Shown here one piece after another: positions 10,779 to 20,008 of a DNA stretch of 37,350 nt. The stretch spans positions 1 to 37,350 of the forward strand of contig RFPR01000002.1 in the NCBI GenBank assembly GCA_009928265.1, written 5' to 3'. Position numbers and translations under genes: made by a program. Position 1 is the first letter of the stretch. Each line of letters begins with the position of its first letter. A model generated the notes under the pieces. It saw nothing but the letters and a program-made list of their open reading frames with translations. It ran no database searches and was not told the DNA's origin. The stretch comes from Pseudomonadota bacterium (GTDB lineage: Bacteria > Verrucomicrobiota > Verrucomicrobiia > Chthoniobacterales > UBA6821).

Positions 10779-10885
10779 CAGGTGATCGTCCCGTAGAGAC
10801 GCCGGTGCGCCAAGCCCGAAGTCGCCGCCCTCGCGCTCTCCGCCCCCTTTCCAAGCATCGCGGGGTGGTGTCTAATCGTGGGACC

Positions 10886-12343
10886 ATGCGCACCGCACGC
10901 CGCCACCCAGGACTCCCCACAGTGGTCCTCTTGGTTCTCACCGCCGTTCTCCTGCTCGGCGCGGGAGCCGGATTTCTGATGCTATCGCGTTGGGTTCAGA
11001 GCGAAGAATGCCATGCCCTGCTCGAGAGCAAGGCCTCGGAGGCGTTGGCCGGAAAAGCCGAGTTCGGCCCGCTCGAGTGGCTGTGGGTCGGCGTGGCATC
11101 GCCGCAGGTAAAAGCCTTCTCGGGAGACGGAGCCAGGCCTCATTCCATGGAAGCCGGTAATGTGCGTGCTCGCTTACGACTCGCCTCCCTCCTGCAGGGT
11201 TGCTGGGCCGTCGAGGAGATCTCCATGGAGAAGGCCCGTCTTCATTTTGCCGCAGCAGTCCCCGCCAAACTCAAAGAAGATGCGCCGGCCTCCTCCCGTC
11301 ACTCCCCTGCACCGCTCCGCCTTCCCTCCTGGATACCGTCCGTTCTGGTTGTGGAGGCAATCAGGAGCAGCAAAACGGACCTGCTCTTTGACCTGCCCGA
11401 TAGGAAGATGCTGGAACTCCTCGGGACAAAGCTCGAAGTCTATCCTGGGAAAACGGATTTTCGCCTCGAGGCACACGGTGGTGCAATGGTCTGGACCCAG
11501 TTTCCGGGATTCCAACCGGATCTTCTCTGGGCGAGGGGCCGACTCAGCGAAGGGCGCCTGCGGATCAATGGAGCGGAGTTGGGTTTTTCGGGGGGAGGAT
11601 CGGCGGGATTCGAGGGTGAATTTCCGGATCCGGACGGAGTCTCTCACATCAAGCTCCATTGCAAGGGACTTCCCATTAGCGATGTCTTCCCCACCGCCTC
11701 GGCCATGGTCAGCGGCACCATTTCCGGGGAGGGGACTGCCTCCTGGACCCCATTGGAGTCACGTTCCATGGAAGGAAGTGTGGCCGTCGATGACGCCTCG
11801 GTTCACAGCGTGCCGGCCCTCGACGAGCTTGCTGCTTTCACTGGCATGAAGCAATTCCGCAACCTCTCGCTCAAGAAAGCCTCGGCGAGCTTTGTCCGAG
11901 CAGGAAATGTCACTCGCTGGAGGGAAATCATCCTAGAGGCACCGGGCGTGCTCAAGGTAACCGGGGAAGCCGAGGTGGGTGACAACGGTTCCCTTGCCGG
12001 CACCCTCCAGGCAGGAGTGACGACCGATATCGTCCGCGTTATCCCGATGGCCAAGGAGCTTCTCTCAGCCGAGGAACGTGAGGGCTATTTCTGGATTCCG
12101 GTGCATGTCGGCGGCAGCCTCGAACATCCGACGGAGGACCTCCGTCCGCGCCTTGTGACCGCCATCGCAGCAAAAGCCTCCGGGGTAATCCGTGGCGGGA
12201 TCGAGGAAGGACTGAAGATCCTCGGAATCAAGTCGGATTCGACAAATGGCTCGATACTTCCGGCCGCCGACACCAACACCGTGAAATCCCTCGAAAAAGA
12301 GGCCGGTTCGGTCATCGAAGCTGTCGGTAACTTCCTGAAATAG
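10886..12343 (+). CDS. Hypothetical N-terminally membrane-anchored protein (possibly AsmA-like; not confidently recognised)
   Basis: The in-frame ATG gives MRTARRHPGLPTVVLLVLTAVLLLGAGAGFLML (one TM), then about 450 aa of beta-rich-looking sequence. It is divergent from queF. Confidence 0.6.
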   Translation: MRTARRHPGLPTVVLLVLTAVLLLGAGAGFLMLSRWVQSEECHALLESKASEALAGKAEFGPLEWLWVGVASPQVKAFSGDGARPHSMEAGNVRARLRLASLLQGCWAVEEISMEKARLHFAAAVPAKLKEDAPASSRHSPAPLRLPSWIPSVLVVEAIRSSKTDLLFDLPDRKMLELLGTKLEVYPGKTDFRLEAHGGAMVWTQFPGFQPDLLWARGRLSEGRLRINGAELGFSGGGSAGFEGEFPDPDGVSHIKLHCKGLPISDVFPTASAMVSGTISGEGTASWTPLESRSMEGSVAVDDASVHSVPALDELAAFTGMKQFRNLSLKKASASFVRAGNVTRWREIILEAPGVLKVTGEAEVGDNGSLAGTLQAGVTTDIVRVIPMAKELLSAEEREGYFWIPVHVGGSLEHPTEDLRPRLVTAIAAKASGVIRGGIEEGLKILGIKSDSTNGSILPAADTNTVKSLEKEAGSVIEAVGNFLK

Positions 12344-12345
12344 GT

Positions 12346-13311
12346 TCAGCCTATCTTTTTCAGAATGGCCGATACGGCCTCTTCCGAATCCACCTTGGGG
12401 GAAAGTTCGATTGACTCAAAATCGTGCTGGTGCCGGAACCAGGTCATCTGGCGCTTCGCATAGCGGCGGGTGGCAACCGTGATGCGCGTGATACATTCCG
12501 CACGCGGGATCTCTCCCCGCTGGAGGGAGCGGATATCGGCCAGTCCGAGAGTCTTGCAAGCGGTCGGACCCGTTGATTCCGAGGGAAGCGCGGCAACCTC
12601 AGCCTCCACCCCGGACGCAAACATGGTCTCCACGTTGGCCTCGATGCGGGCAGTGAGTTCTTCACGGCTTCTAGTGATCAAGAATCCATGGACTCCCGGC
12701 GGCGTGACCACAGGCCCGGCGTCACGATCCAGCGGACGACCCGTCAGCATCACGATTTCGAGGGCCCGCTCCACGCGACGGCGGTTGGTCTGATCAACGG
12801 AGGACGCGCCATCGGGATCCAGAGTCTTCAGCCGATCGACCAAGGTCGGCAAGTCGAGGCCGGCAAGCTCCTCGCGAAGATCGGGATCGCGGGGCGGCAG
12901 TTCGTCCAGTCCCCCCAGAAGGGCCTTCAGGTAGAGGCCGGTGCCTCCCACAACAATGGGCCGCCTGCCTCGTGAGGTGATGGAGTGAAGGACTTCCAAC
13001 GCCTCGCGACGGTAACGCGCCGCGTCATACGGTTCGCGCGGATCGACGCACCCGACGAGATGATGGGTTACTTCAATCCGCTGTTGCGGCGACGGCTGCG
13101 CCGTCAGGATCGGTAGCCCCTGATAAATCTGAAAGGCATCCGCGCCCACAATCTCCCCCCCGAGGCGCTTTGCCAGCAGGAGGGAGAGGGCGGTTTTGCC
13201 GGCCCCGGTGGGGCCGGCAAGAACGATTGTTTCCGCGGGAATCACGGAAACAGAAGGGGCGCCGCTTTTAGGCGGCAGCCGCCTCGGACTCGGCGGAGTC
13301 CTGGGACTCAT
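12346..13311 (-). CDS. miaA: tRNA dimethylallyltransferase
   Basis: IVLAGPTGAGKTALSLLLAKRLGGEIVGADAFQIYQGLPILTAQP...VVGGTGLYLKALL. ATG 13311 overlaps the upstream RRM gene by 44 nt. An in-frame GTG at 13245 (MIPAETIVLAGPTGAGKT) lies 22 nt after that gene's stop and is equally plausible. The track ORF to 13557 is over-extended. Confidence 0.9.
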   Translation of the reverse strand: MSPRTPPSPRRLPPKSGAPSVSVIPAETIVLAGPTGAGKTALSLLLAKRLGGEIVGADAFQIYQGLPILTAQPSPQQRIEVTHHLVGCVDPREPYDAARYRREALEVLHSITSRGRRPIVVGGTGLYLKALLGGLDELPPRDPDLREELAGLDLPTLVDRLKTLDPDGASSVDQTNRRRVERALEIVMLTGRPLDRDAGPVVTPPGVHGFLITRSREELTARIEANVETMFASGVEAEVAALPSESTGPTACKTLGLADIRSLQRGEIPRAECITRITVATRRYAKRQMTWFRHQHDFESIELSPKVDSEEAVSAILKKIG

Positions 13312-13888
13312 CGCGGCGGGCGGGACGCTCGCCACGGGACTCTGGAGCAGCCTTGGCACCGCTGACCACCATCTTGCGGCCCATGTACTCCTTATCGTGA
13401 AGTTCGTCGACAGCGCGCTTGGCTTCCTCGACCGAGGAGAGCTGGACGAATCCGAACCCCTTCGAGCGATGCGTCTCGCGGTTACAGACGATCTCGACAT
13501 TCTGGACGGAGCCGACACCGCCGAAGAGCTCGAGCAGGTCGCTTTCAGTCGCGTCAAAGGAGAGGTTGCCGACGTAGACGCGCGGCGTGGTCACCTCGAT
13601 ACGCTCGGGCTTGCGGGCCTCGCGGCGAGGGGATGCACCTTCGGGACGGTCGGTCCGGGGGCTACGCTGTGGCTTGCCGGAGGCCTGTTTCTTGGAACCG
13701 ATGCCGAAAATACCGAGTATCTTAGCAAAAAGGCCCTTCTTTTTGGCGGGTTGGCGCGGTGCGCGCTCCTCGGAGCGGTGCGCGCCGGAGCGACCACCCC
13801 TGTTGGGGGAACCGGAAGGAGAACGGCGGCGGCTGCCGCGGGAACGGCCGCCCCTGTTGGAGGAGCCGGAGGAATAATTCGAGGACAT
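13268..13888 (-). CDS. RNA-binding protein: RG/RGG-rich disordered N-terminus plus C-terminal RRM domain
   Basis: RNP2 is VYVGNL and RNP1 is KGFGFVQL. The N-terminal ~95 aa read MSSNYSSGSSNRGGRSRGSRRRSPSGSPNRGGRSGAHRS...GLFAKILGIFGIG. The start is ATG 13888, in frame within track ORF 13268..13936. Confidence 0.85.
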   Translation of the reverse strand: MSSNYSSGSSNRGGRSRGSRRRSPSGSPNRGGRSGAHRSEERAPRQPAKKKGLFAKILGIFGIGSKKQASGKPQRSPRTDRPEGASPRREARKPERIEVTTPRVYVGNLSFDATESDLLELFGGVGSVQNVEIVCNRETHRSKGFGFVQLSSVEEAKRAVDELHDKEYMGRKMVVSGAKAAPESRGERPARRDESQDSAESEAAAA

Positions 13889-14277
13889 GATGCGTGGGTG
13901 TGTTGGGGATCCCCGGTCTTGCGCGGCCCGGGACACTGGCCGGGCGGGTGGGGATCAGGACTTTGTGTGTTCGTTCGTTGCGTGTGTATTGAGAGCCCGT
14001 TTCTTGTGACCTCCCTGGTGTGTCCCGACCCCCGGTCCTTCGAAAAGGAGTCCACGGGGCTCTGGGGAGGCTGCTCCGGCGTTCGATGCCGTGCGTGCCA
14101 CGTAGGAAATGCAGGAAATATCCCCTGCCTCAAACGGGCGACGATAGTAACGGGCAAGGACTTCTCTCGCACCGATTACCCTCCACTACAAGGGAAATCG
14201 CTTCCCATAACTGGAGCCGACCTCAATCAGTGAACGATTTTGATGCAACAACGGGGATCGAGCGGTGTTTAAATGGA

Positions 14278-15294
14278 ATGATGTTCTCCACACTCCCCAA
14301 AAGGACCGTTCTTCTTGGTGGAACGGCCCTACTGCTTCTAATTCTGCTGGTTACACGATGGTGTTCGGACTGGGGGCTGGTCACGATCCACGTGAAAGAT
14401 GCTCCGCTTGCCAAGGTGACCGCTTCCATCGCCCGTCAGGGACATGTCACCATGGAAACCTCCCTGGATCCCTCGACGAAGGTCAGCATGGATGCCGACC
14501 GTGTGACGGTAGCCGAAGCGGTGGATCAGTTGGCCCAGATCACGGACTCCTCATGGCGCGGTGGGATTGTCACGGCACCGACCAAATTGGCAGTGTCGGA
14601 ATGCATTTCCAAGCTCCGGGCAGGCCCCGATCCGGAGGGATGGAGCGTCTTCTACTACCCTCTTTCGCCAATGATGTCGCCGGACGAGACGGTCATGGAT
14701 CCTCGATCCCTGCTGTGGAACGTCCAAGGGCCGGACAGGGAAGTTCGCAAACTTCTCGATGAAGCGGCCCAAAAAAGCGGCGCCATGATCGTGATGCCCA
14801 AGGATTGGAGTGCGACGGCTCCCCGGCTCCCCGGAACTGCGGCGACTGGCAGTGCCGTTCATGAGTTGGTGAAATTGGTCCGTGGGCGAGATCTGTCGTT
14901 CTTTTATCTCACAGCACGCGAGCGCCGCCGATGGGAGGAAGGTCCCCAGGAAGCCTCCGCACCACCTCCATCGAGTATTTCACGCCCTGCGCCCAATCCA
15001 GAATGGATGGACCAGAGAATCACGGCACGGATCAATACCTTACCCATTCCGAAACAAGCCGAAGCCAAAAAGGAATACGAGGCCGCAAAGGCGTTTCGCG
15101 AGAGCGTCAAAAGCCTCTCGCCCGAGGAACGCCGTCAAAAGATGAGGGAGCGGATGGCCGACCCGGAATTCGTCGACAAAATGGCGGAACGAATGCTGCT
15201 GCGGGATTCCCGCAGGACAGCCCAGCAACGCATCTCTCGAGCCGTTAATTATCTGAAGCGGAAAGCCTCGGTCCAGGCGACCCAGCCCCATTGA
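14278..15294 (+). CDS. Hypothetical single-pass membrane protein, possibly with a secretin/TonB-N-terminus (STN)-like module
   Basis: [28 protein letters not shown] (TM), then [57 protein letters not shown], then a charged helical tail. Its stop lies 2 nt before the pseudopilin ATG. Confidence 0.6.
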   Translation: MMFSTLPKRTVLLGGTALLLLILLVTRWCSDWGLVTIHVKDAPLAKVTASIARQGHVTMETSLDPSTKVSMDADRVTVAEAVDQLAQITDSSWRGGIVTAPTKLAVSECISKLRAGPDPEGWSVFYYPLSPMMSPDETVMDPRSLLWNVQGPDREVRKLLDEAAQKSGAMIVMPKDWSATAPRLPGTAATGSAVHELVKLVRGRDLSFFYLTARERRRWEEGPQEASAPPPSSISRPAPNPEWMDQRITARINTLPIPKQAEAKKEYEAAKAFRESVKSLSPEERRQKMRERMADPEFVDKMAERMLLRDSRRTAQQRISRAVNYLKRKASVQATQPH

Positions 15295-15296
15295 GC

Positions 15297-15836
15297 ATGA
15301 AACGCACCCCTTCCGGCTTCACTTTGATCGAACTGCTGGTGGTGATCGCCATCATCGGTATGCTTGCCTCCCTACTGCTGCCAGCCATCCGTTCGGGGTT
15401 GGAGCAGGCTAAGAAAGCGAAATGTGTCTCCAATCTCACGCAGATCGGAAATGCCGTCCAACAATACATCGCTGATCCCGAAAACGGCCACCACTACCCC
15501 CCGATTTACAGCGTTTCCGTCTCCTCCGGGGACATGAGCGCAGGAACTGCACCAACCGCGCCGCTCACCCCCCTTTCCTGTCTGGGCAATTACGGCATCA
15601 CACTCCCAGCCATCACGTGCCCCTCGGACAAATCGCCCGACACCAATTACGGAAGTTACATCTGGTCACCGGTCCTTCAGGGCGAACAACCCGAGGACGT
15701 TCACATTTATACGCCCGGAGGCATCTTCACCGTTTCAGCACTCAGCAAAATGACAGTCTGTGCCGACGTCGGGCGTCCGCATCTTCGGAAATTCAATGTG
15801 CTGAAGGCTGACGGCCACGTTGAATCAAGACCGTGA
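15297..15836 (+). CDS. Prepilin-type N-terminal cleavage/methylation protein of the H-X9-DG (DUF1559-like) class
   Basis: [30 protein letters not shown] is a type IV pilin-like leader. The C-terminal [14 protein letters not shown] matches H-X9-DG. Confidence 0.85.
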   Translation: MKRTPSGFTLIELLVVIAIIGMLASLLLPAIRSGLEQAKKAKCVSNLTQIGNAVQQYIADPENGHHYPPIYSVSVSSGDMSAGTAPTAPLTPLSCLGNYGITLPAITCPSDKSPDTNYGSYIWSPVLQGEQPEDVHIYTPGGIFTVSALSKMTVCADVGRPHLRKFNVLKADGHVESRP

Positions 15837-15911
15837 CCCTTGCCCGGGCAGGACTTCCCGGCATTTCGTTTCGACTTTCAGATTCACGTCTTTCCGCTTT
15901 TTCTACATTCC

Positions 15912-16772
15912 ATGCCCACGACCCTACTGATGACACTGGATTGCGCCGACCGCGTCGGCCTGCTCGCCCGTATCACAGGTTTCGTTGCCTCCCAGAAGGG
16001 AAATTTCACGGAAGTCCACCAGTACACGGATCCGATCAATGGTTGGTTCTTCGCGCGCTTCGCCTTCGAAGTCCCCGAGGGAACGACCCTGGAATCGGTG
16101 CGCCGTGACTTCGGCCCCACGGCTGTCGAACTTAACGCCAGCTGGAATATCCGCGACCAAGGCCGCCCCCTGCGAACCGTTCTCCTGGTGAGCCGCGAGG
16201 ACCACTGTCTGGCCGACATGCTCTGGCGCTGGCGCTCCAAGGAGATGAATATCGAAGTGCCGCTTGTCATCTCCAACCACGACACCCTGCGCACACAGGT
16301 TGAGAAAGAAGGACTTCCCTTCCTCCACATCCCTGTCCCAGCCGATCCCACCGGAAAAGACGCGGCCTTCCGCAGGATCAGCGATGCGATCTGCGACGTC
16401 TCGGGTGAGCTCAGCATCCTCTGCCGCTACATGCAGATCATGCCCGACTGGTTCTGCGAGGAACACCTCAACCGGGTCATCAACATCCATCACTCACTGC
16501 TTCCCGCCTTTGCCGGCGCCGATCCGTACCGTAAGGCCTACGACCGCGGTGTGAAACTCATCGGCGCAACCTGCCACTACGCCACGGCTGAGCTCGATGC
16601 AGGACCGATCATTCACCAGCAGATGATCCCCGTGGAGCATTACCACACCCCGGCCGACATGCGGCGTCTGGGGCGTGACTGCGAACGCCTCACCCTGGCC
16701 CGCGGCGTCCGCCTCCATGTGGAGGACCGTGTCGTAGTGCACGGATCACGCGCGATTGTCTTTGGGGATTAA
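15912..16772 (+). CDS. purU: Formyltetrahydrofolate deformylase
   Basis: N-terminal ACT-like MPTTLLMTLDCADRVGLLARITGF, then INIHHSLLPAFAGADPYRKAYDRGVKLIGATCHYATAELDAGPII. Confidence 0.92.
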   Translation: MPTTLLMTLDCADRVGLLARITGFVASQKGNFTEVHQYTDPINGWFFARFAFEVPEGTTLESVRRDFGPTAVELNASWNIRDQGRPLRTVLLVSREDHCLADMLWRWRSKEMNIEVPLVISNHDTLRTQVEKEGLPFLHIPVPADPTGKDAAFRRISDAICDVSGELSILCRYMQIMPDWFCEEHLNRVINIHHSLLPAFAGADPYRKAYDRGVKLIGATCHYATAELDAGPIIHQQMIPVEHYHTPADMRRLGRDCERLTLARGVRLHVEDRVVVHGSRAIVFGD

Positions 16773-16841
16773 AAAAGGCTTTAGCGGTTTAGGCTGAAGA
16801 CTGAAGGTGGTGGCATCTATGGATCTGACGGATGTTTTCTC

Positions 16842-16876
16842 TTCATCCCTCATCCTTCATCCCTCATCCTTTTTCC
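16842..16876 (+). repeat. Phased heptamer array (YTCATCC)x4 plus TTTTTCC abutting a start codon
   Basis: TTCATCC CTCATCC TTCATCC CTCATCC TTTTTCC is followed directly by ATG at 16877. Confidence 0.9.
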
Positions 16877-17548
16877 ATGTCTTCACCCCATCTCACCGCC
16901 CGCGGTCTTGTGCAGACTTACGAACTCGGTGCGGAGAATCTGGAAATCCTCAGGGGGATCGATCTGGACATCGCCCGGGGCGAGGTGCTGTTCCTGCGTG
17001 GGGCTTCGGGAGCAGGTAAGTCAACGCTGCTCTACATCCTTGCTGCGTTGGAGCATCCCCGCGCCGGAAGCGTCGAATTCGAGGGTGAACAACTGCTGAA
17101 ATTGGGACGCGACCGTCTCGCCACCCTGCGCAATCGCCGGATGGGTTTCATTTTCCAATCCTATCACCTCCTGCCGGAACTGACCGCGCTGGAGAACGTC
17201 CTCCTTCCCTCGATGCTCGGCGGTTCGCGGCGCGAGGAACGGGCTCGCTCCCTGCTCGACCGCGTGGGTCTCTCGGGGCGCCTGGATCATCTCCCCTCGC
17301 AGTTGAGCGGCGGCGAGCAACAGCGCGTGGCGATCGCCCGCGCCCTGGCAAACGATCCTGGGATCCTCTTTGCTGACGAGCCAACGGGAAACCTCGATGC
17401 CACCACCGGAGCAGGGATCATCGAGCTCCTGCTAGGACTGGCACGCGAGGATGGACGCACCATGATAGCCGTTACCCATGACGCCGCCCTTGCGGCACTG
17501 GGCGACCGCCAGCTGTTCCTGTGCAAAGGGCTTCTCCAAAACCCCTGA
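16877..17548 (+). CDS. ABC transporter ATP-binding protein (LolD/MacB/FtsE-like), no permease gene adjacent
   Basis: Walker A GASGAGKST, signature LSGGEQQRVAIARAL, Walker B ILFADEPTGNLD, H-loop VTHD. Confidence 0.9.
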   Translation: MSSPHLTARGLVQTYELGAENLEILRGIDLDIARGEVLFLRGASGAGKSTLLYILAALEHPRAGSVEFEGEQLLKLGRDRLATLRNRRMGFIFQSYHLLPELTALENVLLPSMLGGSRREERARSLLDRVGLSGRLDHLPSQLSGGEQQRVAIARALANDPGILFADEPTGNLDATTGAGIIELLLGLAREDGRTMIAVTHDAALAALGDRQLFLCKGLLQNP

Positions 17549-17552
17549 CGCG

Positions 17553-17993
17553 ATGAGCCATCCCCCCTCTTTCGATCTTCGGAATTCTATCGTGACCCCC
17601 GTTCAGGTGATGTTCTTTGACACCGATGCGGGTGGGGTGGTGCACAACATCGCCTACCTGCGCTTCATCGAGACGGCACGTACCCTACTGGCTGTCCAGC
17701 TGGGCATGGACTGGAAACTCATGGCAGAGACCTCCGTCTACCCCGTTGTTGTCCGGACGGAGATCGACTACCGCCGACCCGCGATCCTCGGTGACAAACT
17801 CGAAATTCACGGCCGCCTCGGCGAGGCGACTCCGGCACGATTCTGGTGCCACTTCGAGATCAAGCGGCCCAGCGACGGCGCACTCCTGATCACGTGCCAG
17901 CAGGCCCTTGCTTTCGTGAAGATGCCGGAGGGAAAACCTCTCCGCCTTCCCAAGGGGTGGCCCGAACCTTTTGCCCCGCTGGCCACGCAGTAA
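17553..17993 (+). CDS. Acyl-CoA thioesterase, 4HBT/YbgC-like hotdog fold
   Basis: VQVMFFDTDAGGVVHNIAYLRFIETAR...VVRTEIDYRRP. 146 aa, starting 4 nt after the ABC ATPase stop. Confidence 0.8.
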   Translation: MSHPPSFDLRNSIVTPVQVMFFDTDAGGVVHNIAYLRFIETARTLLAVQLGMDWKLMAETSVYPVVVRTEIDYRRPAILGDKLEIHGRLGEATPARFWCHFEIKRPSDGALLITCQQALAFVKMPEGKPLRLPKGWPEPFAPLATQ

Positions 17994-18005
17994 GGAACGG
18001 TTTCC

Positions 18006-19172
18006 GTGGTCATCTGCGACTTAACCCAGTTTTACAGCCCGGCTTCGGGTGGCGTCCGACGCTACATCGGGGAAAAGGCCTCCCGACTGGAAGCCGAGGG
18101 TCATCGTCACGTCCTGATAATTCCGGGGGAGAAAACCGAACGGCGGGAGCAGGGGAACCGAGTCACCTACACGATTGCCTCGCCACTTGTTTCGCGCACC
18201 GCGCGATATCGCGCACTGATCAGGCTTCATCTCGTCGAGGAAGCTCTCGAGAGGGAGCAGCCGGACCTTATCGAGTCGGGGGACCCGTATCAGGTTGCGT
18301 GGAAAGCCATCGCATCGGGCCGTGCACTTGGGATCCCTACGGTCGGATTCTACCACTCTCATTTCACGGATGCAGTGCTCCGCTCGGTAGCAAAATATTT
18401 CGGCTCCCTCTCGGTCCGTGTGGCCGAGGAAGTCGGCCGCATCTACACCGAAGATCTCTACAACCGTTTTGAACGGACGCTTGTGCCGAGTGCCGGGCTT
18501 TCCGATCTCCTCAGGACCTGGGGACTCGAGAATGTCGAGACGCTGGAACTCGGCGTCGACACCGGCATCTTCTTTCCTGATGCAGCGCGGGGAAAGGGGG
18601 CACGGCGTAGGCTCGGCTGGCCTGAGGATCGGCAGGTGCTGCTCTATGTGGGCCGGCTCAACCCCGACAAAAATGTCCGTCGCCTTCTGGGAACCTTCTC
18701 CCTCCTCCACGACCGCTTTCCAGATCGCTTCCATCTCGCCGTGATCGGTGACGGAATGCTGCGCGGTTCGCTCCAGCGTCTTGCAGAGGAAACGGCCTGC
18801 GTCAGCTGGCTTCCCTACTCCAACGGCGCCGGGGAACTCGCCGACATCTACCGTGCCGCCGATCTTTTTGTGCATCCCGGGGTAAAAGAGACCTTCGGCC
18901 TCGTCACCCTGGAGAGTCAGGCCTGCGGCACCCCAGTGGTCGGCATCCGGGGAAGCTTCATGGACGCGATCAATTTCAGCGGCCTCCACAACTGGTCTGC
19001 AGACGATTCCGAGGAGTCGCTGGCAGCCGCCATCCTCACGGCTACCGAGGGGGATCTGGAGGCCTCTGGCCTGCGGGCAGCCGCCTCGGTTTCCGCCAAA
19101 TACGACTGGCAGTCGGTTTTTACACGCCTCTTTGCGGTTTACCGGGACGTGATCGCCTCGTACAACCCCTGA
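18006..19172 (+). CDS. Glycosyltransferase family 4 (GT-B, retaining)
   Basis: GTG start. The EX7E region is ETFGLVTLESQACGTPVVG, with YVGRLNPDKN in the C-terminal Rossmann half. Confidence 0.85.
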   Translation: MVICDLTQFYSPASGGVRRYIGEKASRLEAEGHRHVLIIPGEKTERREQGNRVTYTIASPLVSRTARYRALIRLHLVEEALEREQPDLIESGDPYQVAWKAIASGRALGIPTVGFYHSHFTDAVLRSVAKYFGSLSVRVAEEVGRIYTEDLYNRFERTLVPSAGLSDLLRTWGLENVETLELGVDTGIFFPDAARGKGARRRLGWPEDRQVLLYVGRLNPDKNVRRLLGTFSLLHDRFPDRFHLAVIGDGMLRGSLQRLAEETACVSWLPYSNGAGELADIYRAADLFVHPGVKETFGLVTLESQACGTPVVGIRGSFMDAINFSGLHNWSADDSEESLAAAILTATEGDLEASGLRAAASVSAKYDWQSVFTRLFAVYRDVIASYNP

Positions 19173-19173
19173 T

Positions 19174-19875
19174 GTGTCCCTTTCTGTGTCTTCAGTTCAG
19201 CCAGCCGTAGCCAAGGCGATCGCCACCCCCTCAGGTTCCCGCTATGTGATTCGCCGCTACGAGCTGCGCGATCGAAAGGCTGTACGCTGGCTCTGCTGCG
19301 AAACCGGCTTCCTGGGCAAGCCGATCGACCCTGTCTTCGAAGACCGGGAAATCTTTGCCGACTACCTGACGCGCTACTACACCGACATCGAGCCCGAGTC
19401 CTCCTTCGTGCTCGAGCAGAACGGGGAGGTGAAGGGGTATCTGCTCGGCTCCTACCGACCTCTCCGCCAGCAGCTCTTCAATCTTTTCAACAACATCTCC
19501 CTCTTCACCCGGGGGATGGCGAAGTATGCCTTCTACAACAAGGCCACGCGGGACTTCATCGGATGGATCCTTCGCACCTCGTGGAAGGAGGTGCCCCAGG
19601 CTCCGCGCCGCTGCGCTCATTTCCATTTTAACATTCTCCCCGAGGCTCAGGGCCTGGCAAATAGCAAAGGGCTCATGGATCTCTATCTGGAACATCTCCG
19701 CACCAAGGGAATCCGTCAGGTCTACGGCCAGGTCGTCACCTTTGAGTCACGCCGTGGGGCGAAGGTTTTCGAACGCTACGGATTCCAGGTGCTGAACCGC
19801 AGTGAAATCACCAAATACCGCAAGACCCATCCCGAGCCGGTCTATCTGACCACAGTGCTGAAGGAACTGACTTAG
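19174..19875 (+). CDS. GNAT-family acetyltransferase-like protein (with internal insertion)
   Basis: GTG start 1 nt after the GT4 stop. It has a GNAT-like core (FNILPEAQGLANSKGLMDLYLEHL ... FERYGFQV). This is a weaker, by-eye assignment. Confidence 0.6.
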   Translation: MSLSVSSVQPAVAKAIATPSGSRYVIRRYELRDRKAVRWLCCETGFLGKPIDPVFEDREIFADYLTRYYTDIEPESSFVLEQNGEVKGYLLGSYRPLRQQLFNLFNNISLFTRGMAKYAFYNKATRDFIGWILRTSWKEVPQAPRRCAHFHFNILPEAQGLANSKGLMDLYLEHLRTKGIRQVYGQVVTFESRRGAKVFERYGFQVLNRSEITKYRKTHPEPVYLTTVLKELT

Positions 19876-20008
19876 AGGGGGCCTTTCCTGACCCTCCGCA
19901 GCCCAGAAAGACTTTGACTCTGACGGAAGGATCCGTATCCTTTCACGTCCGCCTAGGAACGCCATCACGACGCGCCCTCTCGGGCGGGTCCTACTTCCTT
20001 TTCATCCT

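Noticed and set aside
10779-10885. Looked for a preQ1 riboswitch in the queF leader.
   Set aside because: I found no small hairpin followed by an A-rich tail or other preQ1-I/II/III hallmarks by eye. An Infernal scan would be needed for certainty.
13196-14233. 345-aa + strand ORF spanning the miaA start, the RRM gene and the intergenic region.
   Set aside because: It is antisense to the RRM protein and crosses non-coding DNA, and it has no recognisable domains.
16783-16792. The 10-mer AGCGGTTTAG upstream of the first heptamer array also occurs (as its complement, 36871-36880) upstream of the second.
   Set aside because: Single 10-mer coincidences are expected many times by chance in 37 kb on two strands, and the spacing to the arrays differs (about 50 versus 160 nt).
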